Below, piece by piece: positions 29,996 through 39,905 of a stretch of 64,000 nucleotides of DNA. The notes below the pieces were generated by a model. The model ran no database searches. It saw only the letters and a program-made list of their open reading frames with translations, and was not told where the DNA came from. The stretch is from Candidatus Woykebacteria bacterium (lineage in GTDB: Bacteria; Patescibacteriota; Microgenomatia; Woykebacterales; RBG-16-39-9b): the NCBI GenBank assembly GCA_040876265.1, contig JBBDPN010000001.1:118208-182207 (forward strand). Direction: 5' to 3'. The translations under genes and the position numbers were made by a program. The number at the start of each line of letters is the position of its first letter. Within the stretch, counting starts at the first letter, position 1.

Positions 29996-30027
29996 AATGC
30001 TACTTTAGACCGCCTCTGGGTTTTTAA

Positions 30028-30939
30028 ATGCAGCAGTTTACTGTCAGAGTGAAACCAAAAGAAGCAAGAGTTGATAAATATTTGGCACGGGTTTCAAAAT
30101 CACTTTCTCGATCTCAAGCAAAAAAACTCATCAAGAAAAATTTGGTGTGGGTAAACGAAAGAAAAATAGATCCCGATTATGAGATTCGAAAGGGCGATAA
30201 AATCAAATTCGAAATACCCCTGCCAACACCGTCTGAAATTATCCCTCAAAATATCCCACTAGATGTTGTTTATGAGGATGAGGATGTATTGGTAATCGAC
30301 AAAGAAGCCGGTATGGTGGTACATCCAACAGTTGGGCACCCAAAAGATACCCTGGTCAACGCTCTGCTTTTTTATTTGAAGAATAGTTTGGGAGAAAGTG
30401 AAAAAAGTTTTCGTCCTGGAATTGTACATAGACTTGATAAGGGTACCTCCGGCCTTATGGTTTTGGCAAAAAACGAGGTGGCCCTGGCCAACTTAAAAAA
30501 ACAATTCAAAGACCGAAAAGTTGGTAAGAAATATTTAGCGTTGGTAGCAGGTAAGGTCGAGCCTTCCATCGGAATTATAAAAAAACCCATTGGTCGCCAC
30601 CCGGTGAAAAGGCAAAAATTTACTGTAGCCCAGCAAGGTAGGGAAGCGTTAACGACTTATAAGGTACTTGAGAATATCGGAAATAAATTTTCGCTGGTGG
30701 AGGTAGAGCCAAAAACCGGTCGGACCCACCAGATCCGAGTACATCTTTCTTCAATTGGGTACCCGATTGTTGGCGATAAACTATACGGTGGAAAGCCGGC
30801 GCCGAGAATTTTTTTGCACGCAGCTTTTTTGGAATTTAGCCACCCTAAACATAAGAAAAAACTTAAGTTTGAAAGCGAACTTCCCATAAAATTGAAAGAG
30901 ATGCTAGATAAAACTCAATTCGGAAAAATCAAAAAATGA
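30028..30939 (+). CDS. rluD: RluA/RluD family pseudouridine synthase (S4 domain)
   Basis: RVDKYL, GIVHRLDKGTSG, TGRTHQIRVH, LHA. Confidence 0.88.
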   Translation: MQQFTVRVKPKEARVDKYLARVSKSLSRSQAKKLIKKNLVWVNERKIDPDYEIRKGDKIKFEIPLPTPSEIIPQNIPLDVVYEDEDVLVIDKEAGMVVHPTVGHPKDTLVNALLFYLKNSLGESEKSFRPGIVHRLDKGTSGLMVLAKNEVALANLKKQFKDRKVGKKYLALVAGKVEPSIGIIKKPIGRHPVKRQKFTVAQQGREALTTYKVLENIGNKFSLVEVEPKTGRTHQIRVHLSSIGYPIVGDKLYGGKPAPRIFLHAAFLEFSHPKHKKKLKFESELPIKLKEMLDKTQFGKIKK

Positions 30940-32627
30940 CAACCGTTTTCGTTGATATTGCCTTGATTTTAACTCTTACCGCAGTTGCCGCCGCGATTTT
31001 TTCCAGGTTGAAACAACCGATACTTCTAGCCTATTTGCTGGTTGGGATAATCGCTGCTTCCAGTGGGATATTCTCTCAAGTAACTAGTGGGGAAACCCTA
31101 GATTTTTTGGCAGAGCTAGGAATCGCCTTTGCCTTATTTCTAATTGGTTTGGAACTAAAATTTTCAAACGTCAAACATATTGGAAAAGCATCGATATTTG
31201 TTGGTCTTGGTCAAGTAATTTTTACAACTGCCGTTGGATTTTTGGTTGTTCAAAGACTTGGGTTTAGTTTTACCGAAGCTGCATATCTAGCTGTAGCGTT
31301 GACTTTTTCAAGCACGATTATTGTTATAAAGCTTTTAGAGCAAAAGAGGGATCTAGACTCGCTTTATGGAAAGATCACGACCGGTTATTTAATTGTTCAA
31401 GATTTTGTTGCGGTAGGTGCTCTTATATTAGTTGCTTCTATTGGAAAGGGGGGCGGAGCAGGCGAATTCCTCTATACAGCGGCGGCTGGCGTATTTTTGG
31501 TGGCCTCGGTTTTAATTTTAAACAAATACGTTCTGCAAAATCTGTTTGATCTCCTGGCAAAAAATTCAGAGGTACTTTTCGTAGCTAGTATTGCTTGGGC
31601 GTTGATTTTCGCTGCCGTTTCGACTTTTTTGGGGTTTTCGATCGAGATAGGAGCTTTTTTGGCAGGTCTTGGTTTGGCGAGCCTACGAGAAGAGCAGCAA
31701 ATAGCTTCTTGGATAAGGCCGCTGCGAAACCTTTTCGTTATTTTGTTTTTTCTTAGTATTGGTCTTCAGCTTTCAATCACAACCATTTTATCAGTAGCGG
31801 CTGCTGTAGCAGTTCTCTCCGTTTTTGTTCTTGTTGGAAATCCGCTGATCATGATGATTATTATGGGGGTTTTGGGATTTAGGCGGAGAACATCTTTTCA
31901 CGTAGCCACAACAAGTGCTCAAATTTCCGAATTTTCATTGATATTTGTCGCCCTTGGCCTAAAGCTTGGGTTTGTGGGGGACCGAGTGGTAAATTTGACT
32001 ACCTCAGTGGCGCTTGTAACAATAGTTTTTTCTACCTATCTTATCGCATACTCTTCCAAAATCTATAGAACACTCTCCCCTTACTTGAAATTTTTTGAGC
32101 GAAAAGCTCTGCAAGAGAGGGCAACTACCGGAGGAAAAGATTTTAGCGATCATGTAGTTTTAATAGGGGCGGGTAGACTTGGACTGAATATATTGAAAGC
32201 GCTGAGAAAGAAAGGGTTAGAAGTAGTTGTGGTCGAGTTTAACCCTACGATTGCGAAGGGCCTGGAGAGCGAGCAGGTACCGGTGGTTTATGGAGATATC
32301 TCTGATCCTGAAATCTTCGAGAAGGCGATTGGTAGGGGTTCTATGTTGGTAATCTCAACAGTTTTTGACGTGGAAGATACTCAAACTTTACTTGATGAGG
32401 TAAAAAAATTACCACGAAGACCGCCTGTGGTTGTTACCAGCCCACTACCAGAGACCGCCTTAGAGTTTTATAAAGCTGGTGCTGCTTACGTAATTATCCC
32501 CAGAATACTTAGCTCCCATTTGGTTGAGCAGTATGTTCTTTCGGAAAGATTCGAAGATCTGAAAGACGGGAAACTACGTAAGGAGCATATTGAGGAGTTG
32601 ACGAGTAGAGAGTTGAAGCCGATTTAA
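30936..32627 (+). CDS. CPA2/Kef-type cation:proton antiporter with TrkA-N domain
   Basis: LFLIGLE, FSST, QD, QISEFS, IGAGRLG. Confidence 0.9.
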   Translation: MTTVFVDIALILTLTAVAAAIFSRLKQPILLAYLLVGIIAASSGIFSQVTSGETLDFLAELGIAFALFLIGLELKFSNVKHIGKASIFVGLGQVIFTTAVGFLVVQRLGFSFTEAAYLAVALTFSSTIIVIKLLEQKRDLDSLYGKITTGYLIVQDFVAVGALILVASIGKGGGAGEFLYTAAAGVFLVASVLILNKYVLQNLFDLLAKNSEVLFVASIAWALIFAAVSTFLGFSIEIGAFLAGLGLASLREEQQIASWIRPLRNLFVILFFLSIGLQLSITTILSVAAAVAVLSVFVLVGNPLIMMIIMGVLGFRRRTSFHVATTSAQISEFSLIFVALGLKLGFVGDRVVNLTTSVALVTIVFSTYLIAYSSKIYRTLSPYLKFFERKALQERATTGGKDFSDHVVLIGAGRLGLNILKALRKKGLEVVVVEFNPTIAKGLESEQVPVVYGDISDPEIFEKAIGRGSMLVISTVFDVEDTQTLLDEVKKLPRRPPVVVTSPLPETALEFYKAGAAYVIIPRILSSHLVEQYVLSERFEDLKDGKLRKEHIEELTSRELKPI

Positions 32628-32634
32628 CTAGCGG

Positions 32635-33657
32635 ATGAACACCGTAAGAGCCGCCCGAACCCCAATCTGGGAAAAACAAAAATCAAAGAAAAAACGAGCC
32701 AGAATTATCAGATTAGCTATTTTCATAGTGATTTTGTTTGTTTTGGTAAATCTGGTAATTAAACTGCCTGGAGTATACAAGGACCTGAACACCCCTTTCC
32801 CGCAACTACCGAGAACAGAAGAAAGAAATTTCAGTGTGGATGTTTCTTTCCGAACGAATATATTGCTGGTTTCTTTTGAAGACGAAAATCGCTTGGTAGA
32901 TACCGCGATAGCTACCTACGAGCCGGTGGATAAAAAACTGAGTGTTGTTTTTTTCGATCTGGGAGAGCTTAAAAAGCTTCGCATCAAAACAAATAATGTT
33001 TTCAGAAACCAAGGGATAGATGGGCTGGAGCAATTTGTAACTAGTGGTTTGGGTGTGCCAATCGATGGCTATCTTGCCTTTGAGGACCCAACGCTGAGGT
33101 TTGATAGTAAGAACACAGCGGCAGCGGTCGAGAGTATGAAAAGTGTTGTAGCTCCCTTCAAATTGATTTCCGCTAAGGGTGATTTAAACAATACACTAAA
33201 AACTGATTTAACCTCAGGTCAACTACTTAAGCTAGTCTTTGTGGTAAGAGGAGCAAATTATTCTGAGGATAACAATTTTTCACTTACCGATAGAGACACT
33301 GGTAATTTGCAAACTGAGAAAATAGACGACCTAATAGCGGGTTTATTTTTCGATCAAAAAGTTTTGCAAGAGGGAGCGGCGATTACGATAGTAAACGCTT
33401 CTCAGGTGATAGGGGTCGGTAGTACTCTTGGTCGATATTTAACCAACCTTGGAGCTAACGTTGTAGGTATAGAGGCTCAAGAGAGCGTCAGCAAAGAAAC
33501 CCGCTTAATTGTTCAGAATGAAAAACCAGAAGTTACGAAGAGATTGGAATCTATATTAAAATTTAAAAAGGAGAGGGCGAGGGATGAAGATCAATTTCCT
33601 GGTGATATCCAAATTATCATCGGTCGGGACGAGGCTGAGAAGTTGACTTTACCTTAG
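32635..33657 (+). CDS. LCP-like protein with LytR C-terminal domain
   Basis: N-terminal TM, LGVPIDGY, TDLT, IVNAS...G, DIQIIIG.D. Confidence 0.7.
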   Translation: MNTVRAARTPIWEKQKSKKKRARIIRLAIFIVILFVLVNLVIKLPGVYKDLNTPFPQLPRTEERNFSVDVSFRTNILLVSFEDENRLVDTAIATYEPVDKKLSVVFFDLGELKKLRIKTNNVFRNQGIDGLEQFVTSGLGVPIDGYLAFEDPTLRFDSKNTAAAVESMKSVVAPFKLISAKGDLNNTLKTDLTSGQLLKLVFVVRGANYSEDNNFSLTDRDTGNLQTEKIDDLIAGLFFDQKVLQEGAAITIVNASQVIGVGSTLGRYLTNLGANVVGIEAQESVSKETRLIVQNEKPEVTKRLESILKFKKERARDEDQFPGDIQIIIGRDEAEKLTLP

Positions 33658-33730
33658 AGGTTTTGGTATAATAAATGTGATCTCTCTCCTTTCTTCCGAG
33701 GAACGGCCAAAATTAGCCGTTCCTAAAGAT

Positions 33731-33764
33731 GAGAAGCCCCGCTTTGCGGGGTTTCTCGTATTTT
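33731..33764 (+). terminator. Intrinsic terminator
   Basis: GAGAAGCCCCGC-TTT-GCGGGGTTTCTC followed by GTATTTT. Confidence 0.7.
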
Positions 33765-33809
33765 GGGGTGGTTGACTAAACAGGGGCCGAATAAATACAA
33801 TATATCTTA

Positions 33810-34496
33810 ATGCCAAAAGAACTTTCTCACGAGGCGGATCCGGAGCATGTTCCTGACGTAGTTTTTGCCTCACCGTTTGAATTAAAACCACGCAGAGTAC
33901 TGGTAACGCTACTTATTGGTGCTATCATAATTGCGCTTGGGTTTATCGGTTACTACGCAATCGAGACCTTCTTCCTAAAAGAGGCAACTCCACTGCCACC
34001 GATTGTAATAAAGAGTGGCACCCAAACCGCCCAAAAAGCCACTTCCTCCGCCAAAAAATCCGAAACAACGAAGTTAACGAAAAGTTTTAAAGATAGTTTT
34101 TATAATATTTCGTTCAACTATCCAGAAAACTGGGAGGAGAAATCAAAATCTGAGGTAGAAGCTTGTCAACCTAGTGTTGGCCCCAAGGACATAAAAAACT
34201 CTGGTTTCAGTATTTGCGAATTTGGACTGAGTTCAGTTGAAGATACAGCTAATATACCGGATAAGAGTGTAGTTTCCTTGCGGAAAAGTTTAACTGTAGG
34301 GGGTAAAAGTGCTGTTAGGCAAGTTGTGACGGAAAACAGTAAAGACCAGGTGTTTGCTTACGTAGGAGGTGTGACTCACAGCAATCAATCTGGGACATTA
34401 ACAATAATCGGTTGGTCAGAAAATAGCGGTCTAACAACAAGTGAGTTTGTAAACTTATTTGACCAAATTCTTTCAACGTTCAAACCCCTTGATTAG
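33810..34496 (+). CDS. Membrane-anchored hypothetical protein (PsbP-like pattern)
   Basis: TM, S/T linker, ISFNYPENW, C-terminal FDQILSTFK. Confidence 0.7.
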   Translation: MPKELSHEADPEHVPDVVFASPFELKPRRVLVTLLIGAIIIALGFIGYYAIETFFLKEATPLPPIVIKSGTQTAQKATSSAKKSETTKLTKSFKDSFYNISFNYPENWEEKSKSEVEACQPSVGPKDIKNSGFSICEFGLSSVEDTANIPDKSVVSLRKSLTVGGKSAVRQVVTENSKDQVFAYVGGVTHSNQSGTLTIIGWSENSGLTTSEFVNLFDQILSTFKPLD

Positions 34497-34632
34497 TCGT
34501 TAGTTATAAGCTCCAAGTTTTAAGTAGTAAGCCCTCAGTTCTAAACCTCTTATAACTCGTTGACTTTTAGGTTCGTTTGAGATAAAATTTGGCATGTTGT
34601 AGAATTAAAAGGAGAGGTAGAGAGAGGTTTTT

Positions 34633-37401
34633 ATGTTTATAGCGATCATAGCCGCTATTTTGATCATATCATTTTTGCTGGCCTGGAGAGCGGCCAGAAA
34701 ACTGGAGGGAGGCAAATCCTCGGAAATTTCTAATGGGGTTCTTCTTTCCATTTCACTTCCACGCGAAAATGAAAAGCTTCCAACCGCCGCCGAGCAAATG
34801 TTTGCTTCTCTTCACGGTATTTTAGACTTTACTCCTGGAATACAAGAGCATTTATCACTTGAAATGGCCAGCTCTTTGGATGGAATAAAGTTTTATGTTT
34901 TTGCCCCGACGGCTTTTAAAAATTTCGTCGAGAGTCAAATCTACGCTCAATACCCGGACGCTGAGATACGAGAGGCGGTAGACTACGCTAAAAGTATTCC
35001 GGCAGGCAGCTTTGTTTCATCCACAGAGATAGTTCTCGATAAAGAATTTATATTTCCAATTAAAACATTTCGTGACTTCGAAGTAGATCCGCTTGCGGCT
35101 ATCACCAGCGCTTTGGTTAGTGTCCAGCCTGGGGAACAACTTTGGGTCCAGTTGCTGGTGCGGCCAGTTGATGATTTTTGGCAAGACAGAGGTCACGAAT
35201 ACGTCCAAATGGTTCGGGAGGGAGTTTCGCCAGTTACACTTAGCCCCCAAGACATTATTATTGATGTTGGCAAAAGTTTTATGTCAATTGGTGGCAATGT
35301 CGCTACCCACATTATGAAGGGGCCGCAGCCTTACGAGGAACCAAGGGGTGGGGTACAGCAGTACGTGCGACTTTCGGCTGGGCAAGAGCTGACTTTAAAG
35401 ATGCTTGAAAACAAGTTGTCTAAGATAGGCTTTGAGACGAAAATTCGTCTGGTTGCCGTTTCAAACTCGAAAGAGGGTGCCGAGTCCAGACTATCTGGTC
35501 TGATCAGCTCGTTTAAACAATACGCCACCGCCAACCTAAATAGTTTCGTCGCCGACCCCGAAAGTCCGGAACCAGACACCCTGGTTAAGCAGTATCAAGA
35601 CAGGAGTTTTCCGGAGAGAGAAGCTGGAAATTACATTTTGACAACCGAGGAGCTAGCTTCCATCTACCACCTTCCAAATGTATCGGTAGAGACACCAACT
35701 ATTAGCTGGACGGGTGCCAAAAAAGGCGAACCCCCGCTAAATATACCTACGACTTCAGCGACGATGCTCGGCGAGACTTACTACCGAGACTACAGAACAA
35801 AATTTGGAATTAAAAGAAGTGATCGAAGAAAGCACATGTATATTATTGGTAAGACAGGTACGGGAAAAAGTACGCTAATAAAAAACATGATAATACAGGA
35901 TATGAGGTCTGGTGAGGGAGTCGCCGTGCTTGATCCTCACGGGCAGCTTATCGACGAGTTGCTCGAATTTGTGCCCGAGAACCGGATAGAGGACGTGGTA
36001 ATCTTAAACCCAGCTGATGCTGAATACCCAATTTCCCTAAACATGTTGGAAATGGTAGATCCAAAGCAGCGCACGTTGATGGGCGATACGATGTTGGATG
36101 TTTTTAAAAAATATTTTGCTGATAGCTGGGGTCCCAGGCTTGAATATATTTTAAAAAATTGTATTCTAACGCTATTAGAAGTTCCAAACACGTCGCTCCT
36201 TTCTGTTACTAGACTTTTGACAGATCGAGATTACAGAAAGCACATAGTAGGGCTAATTAAAGATCCGCAAATGAAACTTTTTTGGAATAATGAATTTGCT
36301 CGTATGGAACAAAACGAGAGGTTGATCACCGAAGCTATTAGTCCAATTCAAAACAAAGTCGGTCAATTTTTAAATTCTGAATTGATTAGAAATATTGTCG
36401 GTCAACCAAAAAGTAGTATCAAAATGGATGATATTATTAATTCCGGAAAGCTTTTCTTTATAAATTTGGCGACGGGAAGAATCGGCGGTAATAATACGGC
36501 GTTGCTTGGCGCCATGATTGTTTCCCAACTGCAGTTTGCGGCGATGAGACGCGTGGATGTTCCCGAAGAACAAAGACGGGATTTCTTTCTTTACGCTGAC
36601 GAATTCCAAAACTTTGCTACCGATTCCTTTGCGACAGTTTTATCTGAAGCAAGAAAATATCGCCTTGATCTTACCTTGACCCACCAGTATATTGAGCAAA
36701 TGCCCGAGACAGTAAAGGAAGCTGTGTTTGGTAATATAGGGACTCTCATTTGTTTTACAGTTGGACCGACCGACGCTCGTTTTTTGGAGCGGGAGTTTAC
36801 CCCAGTCTTTCTGGAAAATGATCTAATTACTTTGGGTAGGTACGAGATGTATCTAAAATTGCAAATAGATGATACTCAAAGCCAGCCTTTTTCCGCAGTT
36901 AGCCTAGCTCCGGCGACCGATGCGACTAATACTAAAGAAAGAGCTATTTCTGCTTCTAGGACAAAGTACGGTCGTGGTGTGGAGAACGTAGAAAAAATTA
37001 TCAAAAAATGGATCGAAACAAGATTTAAGGCTGGCCAACCGCCACAACCGCCAGCTTGGGCAACAGCAGAGGAGACGAGAATCAAAGAATCTCCGGTCGA
37101 GGGTGACAAAAAGGAAGAGGAGGCCATGGTTATCGGTACGCAGAAAAGTGAGGGTGTTTATACACCACCAAAACCCTTTACTAGGGAGAGTATTCCGGGG
37201 TTATCGGCCGAAAGTAGCCCGGAGACTACAGGTTTAAGACCGCAAGAGGCGGATAATGGAGAAGTTGATATATACAGATTTCCGGAAATAAACACCCAAC
37301 CAGAAGCTGCACAGCAAGACGCAAAAGTACCTGGAGGGAGTTCGGGCCATGAAAGAACCGACGATTATCATGGGAAGCAAAACTTTCCCAAGGATACATA
37401 A
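34633..37401 (+). CDS. VirD4/TraD/HerA-like coupling ATPase, paralogue 2
   Basis: N-terminal TM, HMYIIGKTGTGKS, DPHG, WGPRLE, YADEFQNF, LSEARKY. Confidence 0.88.
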   Translation: MFIAIIAAILIISFLLAWRAARKLEGGKSSEISNGVLLSISLPRENEKLPTAAEQMFASLHGILDFTPGIQEHLSLEMASSLDGIKFYVFAPTAFKNFVESQIYAQYPDAEIREAVDYAKSIPAGSFVSSTEIVLDKEFIFPIKTFRDFEVDPLAAITSALVSVQPGEQLWVQLLVRPVDDFWQDRGHEYVQMVREGVSPVTLSPQDIIIDVGKSFMSIGGNVATHIMKGPQPYEEPRGGVQQYVRLSAGQELTLKMLENKLSKIGFETKIRLVAVSNSKEGAESRLSGLISSFKQYATANLNSFVADPESPEPDTLVKQYQDRSFPEREAGNYILTTEELASIYHLPNVSVETPTISWTGAKKGEPPLNIPTTSATMLGETYYRDYRTKFGIKRSDRRKHMYIIGKTGTGKSTLIKNMIIQDMRSGEGVAVLDPHGQLIDELLEFVPENRIEDVVILNPADAEYPISLNMLEMVDPKQRTLMGDTMLDVFKKYFADSWGPRLEYILKNCILTLLEVPNTSLLSVTRLLTDRDYRKHIVGLIKDPQMKLFWNNEFARMEQNERLITEAISPIQNKVGQFLNSELIRNIVGQPKSSIKMDDIINSGKLFFINLATGRIGGNNTALLGAMIVSQLQFAAMRRVDVPEEQRRDFFLYADEFQNFATDSFATVLSEARKYRLDLTLTHQYIEQMPETVKEAVFGNIGTLICFTVGPTDARFLEREFTPVFLENDLITLGRYEMYLKLQIDDTQSQPFSAVSLAPATDATNTKERAISASRTKYGRGVENVEKIIKKWIETRFKAGQPPQPPAWATAEETRIKESPVEGDKKEEEAMVIGTQKSEGVYTPPKPFTRESIPGLSAESSPETTGLRPQEADNGEVDIYRFPEINTQPEAAQQDAKVPGGSSGHERTDDYHGKQNFPKDT

Positions 37402-37428
37402 TACAAATTTGACGAAAGGAGGCCACCC

Positions 37429-38160
37429 GTGTCAGCAAACAAAATTGATCTTATAAGACAAGCGCTTTCAGCAGCGGAAAGTAGTATAAAATTAGCTAGA
37501 CAGCTACTCTCTGAAATTGAATCTGAAAAAGGTAAGGGAAGACAAAGAGCAAAGGAACTGCCTGGGCTGGTAGGGATATTCGACGGTAAGGACATGACTA
37601 CTGAAAAAGGGGAAAAACACCCAGTTCCAGAAAACTACGCGTCCAAAAGTATTTTAGTGGTAGGGGACACATTAAAATTGGTTGAGGGTGGTGGAGAAAA
37701 GAGATTTAAACAAATAGAGCATGTAAAGAGGCACAAAACTACTGGGATTTTGGCCAAAAAGGAAGGCAAATGGACTGCAGTGACGTCCGAAGGTTCTTAC
37801 CGACTTTTACCGGCTGCGGTTGATCACTTTGGAGGGGATGTCAGTGACGAGGTGCTAATACAGTTGCCGGCAAGCAATCTCCAAACTACTTGGGCGGCGG
37901 TAGAAAAAATAATGAAAAAAGGGCCGTCTCAGAAAGGGGAAGATAAGAAACCACCGGTGGCTGAGGAAAAAGTAAAAATAGAGAAAAAAGAAGAAGAAGT
38001 TAGAGGTAAAAGCGAGGCTAAAGAAGATGGGAAAGACAAACTACCACAAAAGACTGAGCAACCGAAGGAGGAAAAAGAGCCAGAGAAGAGTAAACCAGAA
38101 GTCAAGGAAGATGTAAAAGAGCCTGTAGCCGCTACCACAACCGAAGAGGAGCTACAATGA
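37429..38160 (+). CDS. Conserved hypothetical protein with K/E-rich tail
   Basis: GTG after GAAAGGAGG; G.FDG..M....GE...VPENYASKS motif. Confidence 0.75.
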   Translation: MSANKIDLIRQALSAAESSIKLARQLLSEIESEKGKGRQRAKELPGLVGIFDGKDMTTEKGEKHPVPENYASKSILVVGDTLKLVEGGGEKRFKQIEHVKRHKTTGILAKKEGKWTAVTSEGSYRLLPAAVDHFGGDVSDEVLIQLPASNLQTTWAAVEKIMKKGPSQKGEDKKPPVAEEKVKIEKKEEEVRGKSEAKEDGKDKLPQKTEQPKEEKEPEKSKPEVKEDVKEPVAATTTEEELQ

Positions 38161-38162
38161 AT

Positions 38163-39008
38163 CTATTCTTCTAAATCATCGTCGGCTTCGCGTTCTTTCT
38201 CGGCAAGGGATTCCAAAGATTGATCTTGGTTGCTAGAGAGAAGTGTAGAAACCTCTACTTCTTCGATATCATCATCAGCCTCTGTCGGTAGAGGAGCCTG
38301 GCTTGAAAGTAAGTTCAGAGTTTCTTCTCGGACATAGGGGGTGAAAGGGGAGTTGGTAGTAGGAAACGGGGAAGAGGATACTTTTTTTGATCTATAGACC
38401 TCGCGTAAAAAAATTGCGACCTGAGGCTTTGGGTTTTCCGATTTTTCGCTCTTTATATATACCGATTTGATAATCCCTTCAAACTTACTTCCTATTTTGA
38501 TATCTTGCATCATTCTTTTTGCTAAACCCCCCGGGATCTTACCAAGCCTTCTACCACCGCTAGAAAGGACTACAAGATTGCTTTTTTGAGGAGAAAGCTG
38601 AGTTTTATCACCGGTTCGCAAGGCTACTAAAATCGAAGTCATAGCGGTATCCTCCAAAATACTGGTGCAAGTTTTGCCCGATTCTTCCAAAAATAAGTCA
38701 CCTTTTAGCGACGAAAAAATCTGACCCTCGTTAACCTCTGTTTTTCTTATCGAAGATAGTTTAGCTAGGTTTTTAGCGGCTATGGAATTGTAGGGATCCA
38801 ACTCCAACACTTTCCTATAAAGTTTCTTTGACTCAGCAACTTTTCCTGTCTCAGCGAGAGATCTAGCTAACCTATTGAGAGTATCCACATCTTCGGGGTA
38901 TTTCTTTAACAGTTCCTGATTTAGTTGTAGGGCCTTTTGCCAATTGTTTTCCAAAGCAGCATCTATTGCTTCGTCAACTAAAGGATCGATTGATATCTGA
39001 CTAACCAT
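38163..39008 (-). CDS. TPR protein with possible HIRAN-like domain
   Basis: AIDAAL...W..A, LNRLA, VLELDPYNSIA; later RLGKIP. Confidence 0.8.
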   Translation of the reverse strand: MVSQISIDPLVDEAIDAALENNWQKALQLNQELLKKYPEDVDTLNRLARSLAETGKVAESKKLYRKVLELDPYNSIAAKNLAKLSSIRKTEVNEGQIFSSLKGDLFLEESGKTCTSILEDTAMTSILVALRTGDKTQLSPQKSNLVVLSSGGRRLGKIPGGLAKRMMQDIKIGSKFEGIIKSVYIKSEKSENPKPQVAIFLREVYRSKKVSSSPFPTTNSPFTPYVREETLNLLSSQAPLPTEADDDIEEVEVSTLLSSNQDQSLESLAEKEREADDDLEE

Positions 39009-39103
39009 GGTGAGATTTCTTCCTTAGTCTAAAGTATAATGAAATAAGTGCAGCTTTTGTCAAGAGGTATTATAGTTTAAATAAATTTGTATAATACTAG
39101 TCT

Positions 39104-39871
39104 ATGTCTGGTCACAGTAAATGGTCGACAATAAAGAGACAAAAAGGAGCAACTGACGCCAAGCGTGGTGCTGCTTTTACAAAGGCGGCTAATGCAATTA
39201 CTATTGCAGCGAGGGAGGGTGGGGCGAACCCGGAAACCAATTTTAAACTAAGACTCGCGGTAGATTCCGCTAAACGGGTTAACATGCCTAAGGGCAATAT
39301 TGAACGGGCGATTGCTAGGGGTAGCAGTGTAGGGAAAGACGGGCCAAATCTTGAAGAAGTTACTTATGAGGGCTTTGGACCTGGTGGAGTTGGTATTTTG
39401 GTGGAAGCGGTAACAGATAACCGTCAACGCACTGCTCAGGAGGTACGCAGCGCCTTTGATAGAAGCGGCGGTAGGCTTTCCGGACCAGGTTCCGTGGATC
39501 ATTTTTTTAAGCCAGTGGCAGAAATTGTGTTGCGCGTTGACAGTAATATAGATCCCGATCAGCTACTTTTGACAGCAGCAGAAGCTGGAGCGGAAGATGT
39601 TGAAGCCAGTGGCAGTGAGGCGGTTGTTTACTGTAAAGTTACCGATCTGGAAAGAGTTAAAAATAATCTTTCCGCACGGGGTTTGGAAGTAATTGAAACC
39701 AAAATAAGCCGCCAGCCAACAACTACGATAAAAATCGAGGAGGAAAAACTAGCTGCTTCTGTCCTTTCTCTGGTCGACAAACTGGAGGAACTTGCGGACG
39801 TACAAACAGTGTACGCCAATTTTGACATTCCGGAAGAGGTTTTAAAAAAGGAGGTGTACGGATCTAAATGA
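39104..39871 (+). CDS. yebC: YebC/PmpR family protein
   Basis: MSGHSKWSTIKRQKG, NMPK.NIERAI, YEGFGPGG, TDNRQRT. Confidence 0.95.
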   Translation: MSGHSKWSTIKRQKGATDAKRGAAFTKAANAITIAAREGGANPETNFKLRLAVDSAKRVNMPKGNIERAIARGSSVGKDGPNLEEVTYEGFGPGGVGILVEAVTDNRQRTAQEVRSAFDRSGGRLSGPGSVDHFFKPVAEIVLRVDSNIDPDQLLLTAAEAGAEDVEASGSEAVVYCKVTDLERVKNNLSARGLEVIETKISRQPTTTIKIEEEKLAASVLSLVDKLEELADVQTVYANFDIPEEVLKKEVYGSK

Positions 39872-39905
39872 ATCAGTAAGACAAACGCAGAAGATTGCGC
39901 TTAAA

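Noticed and set aside
10674-37401. Conjugative element (ICE) around the VirD4-like genes
   Set aside because: Both are embedded among housekeeping genes, with no relaxase, VirB4 or att repeats visible
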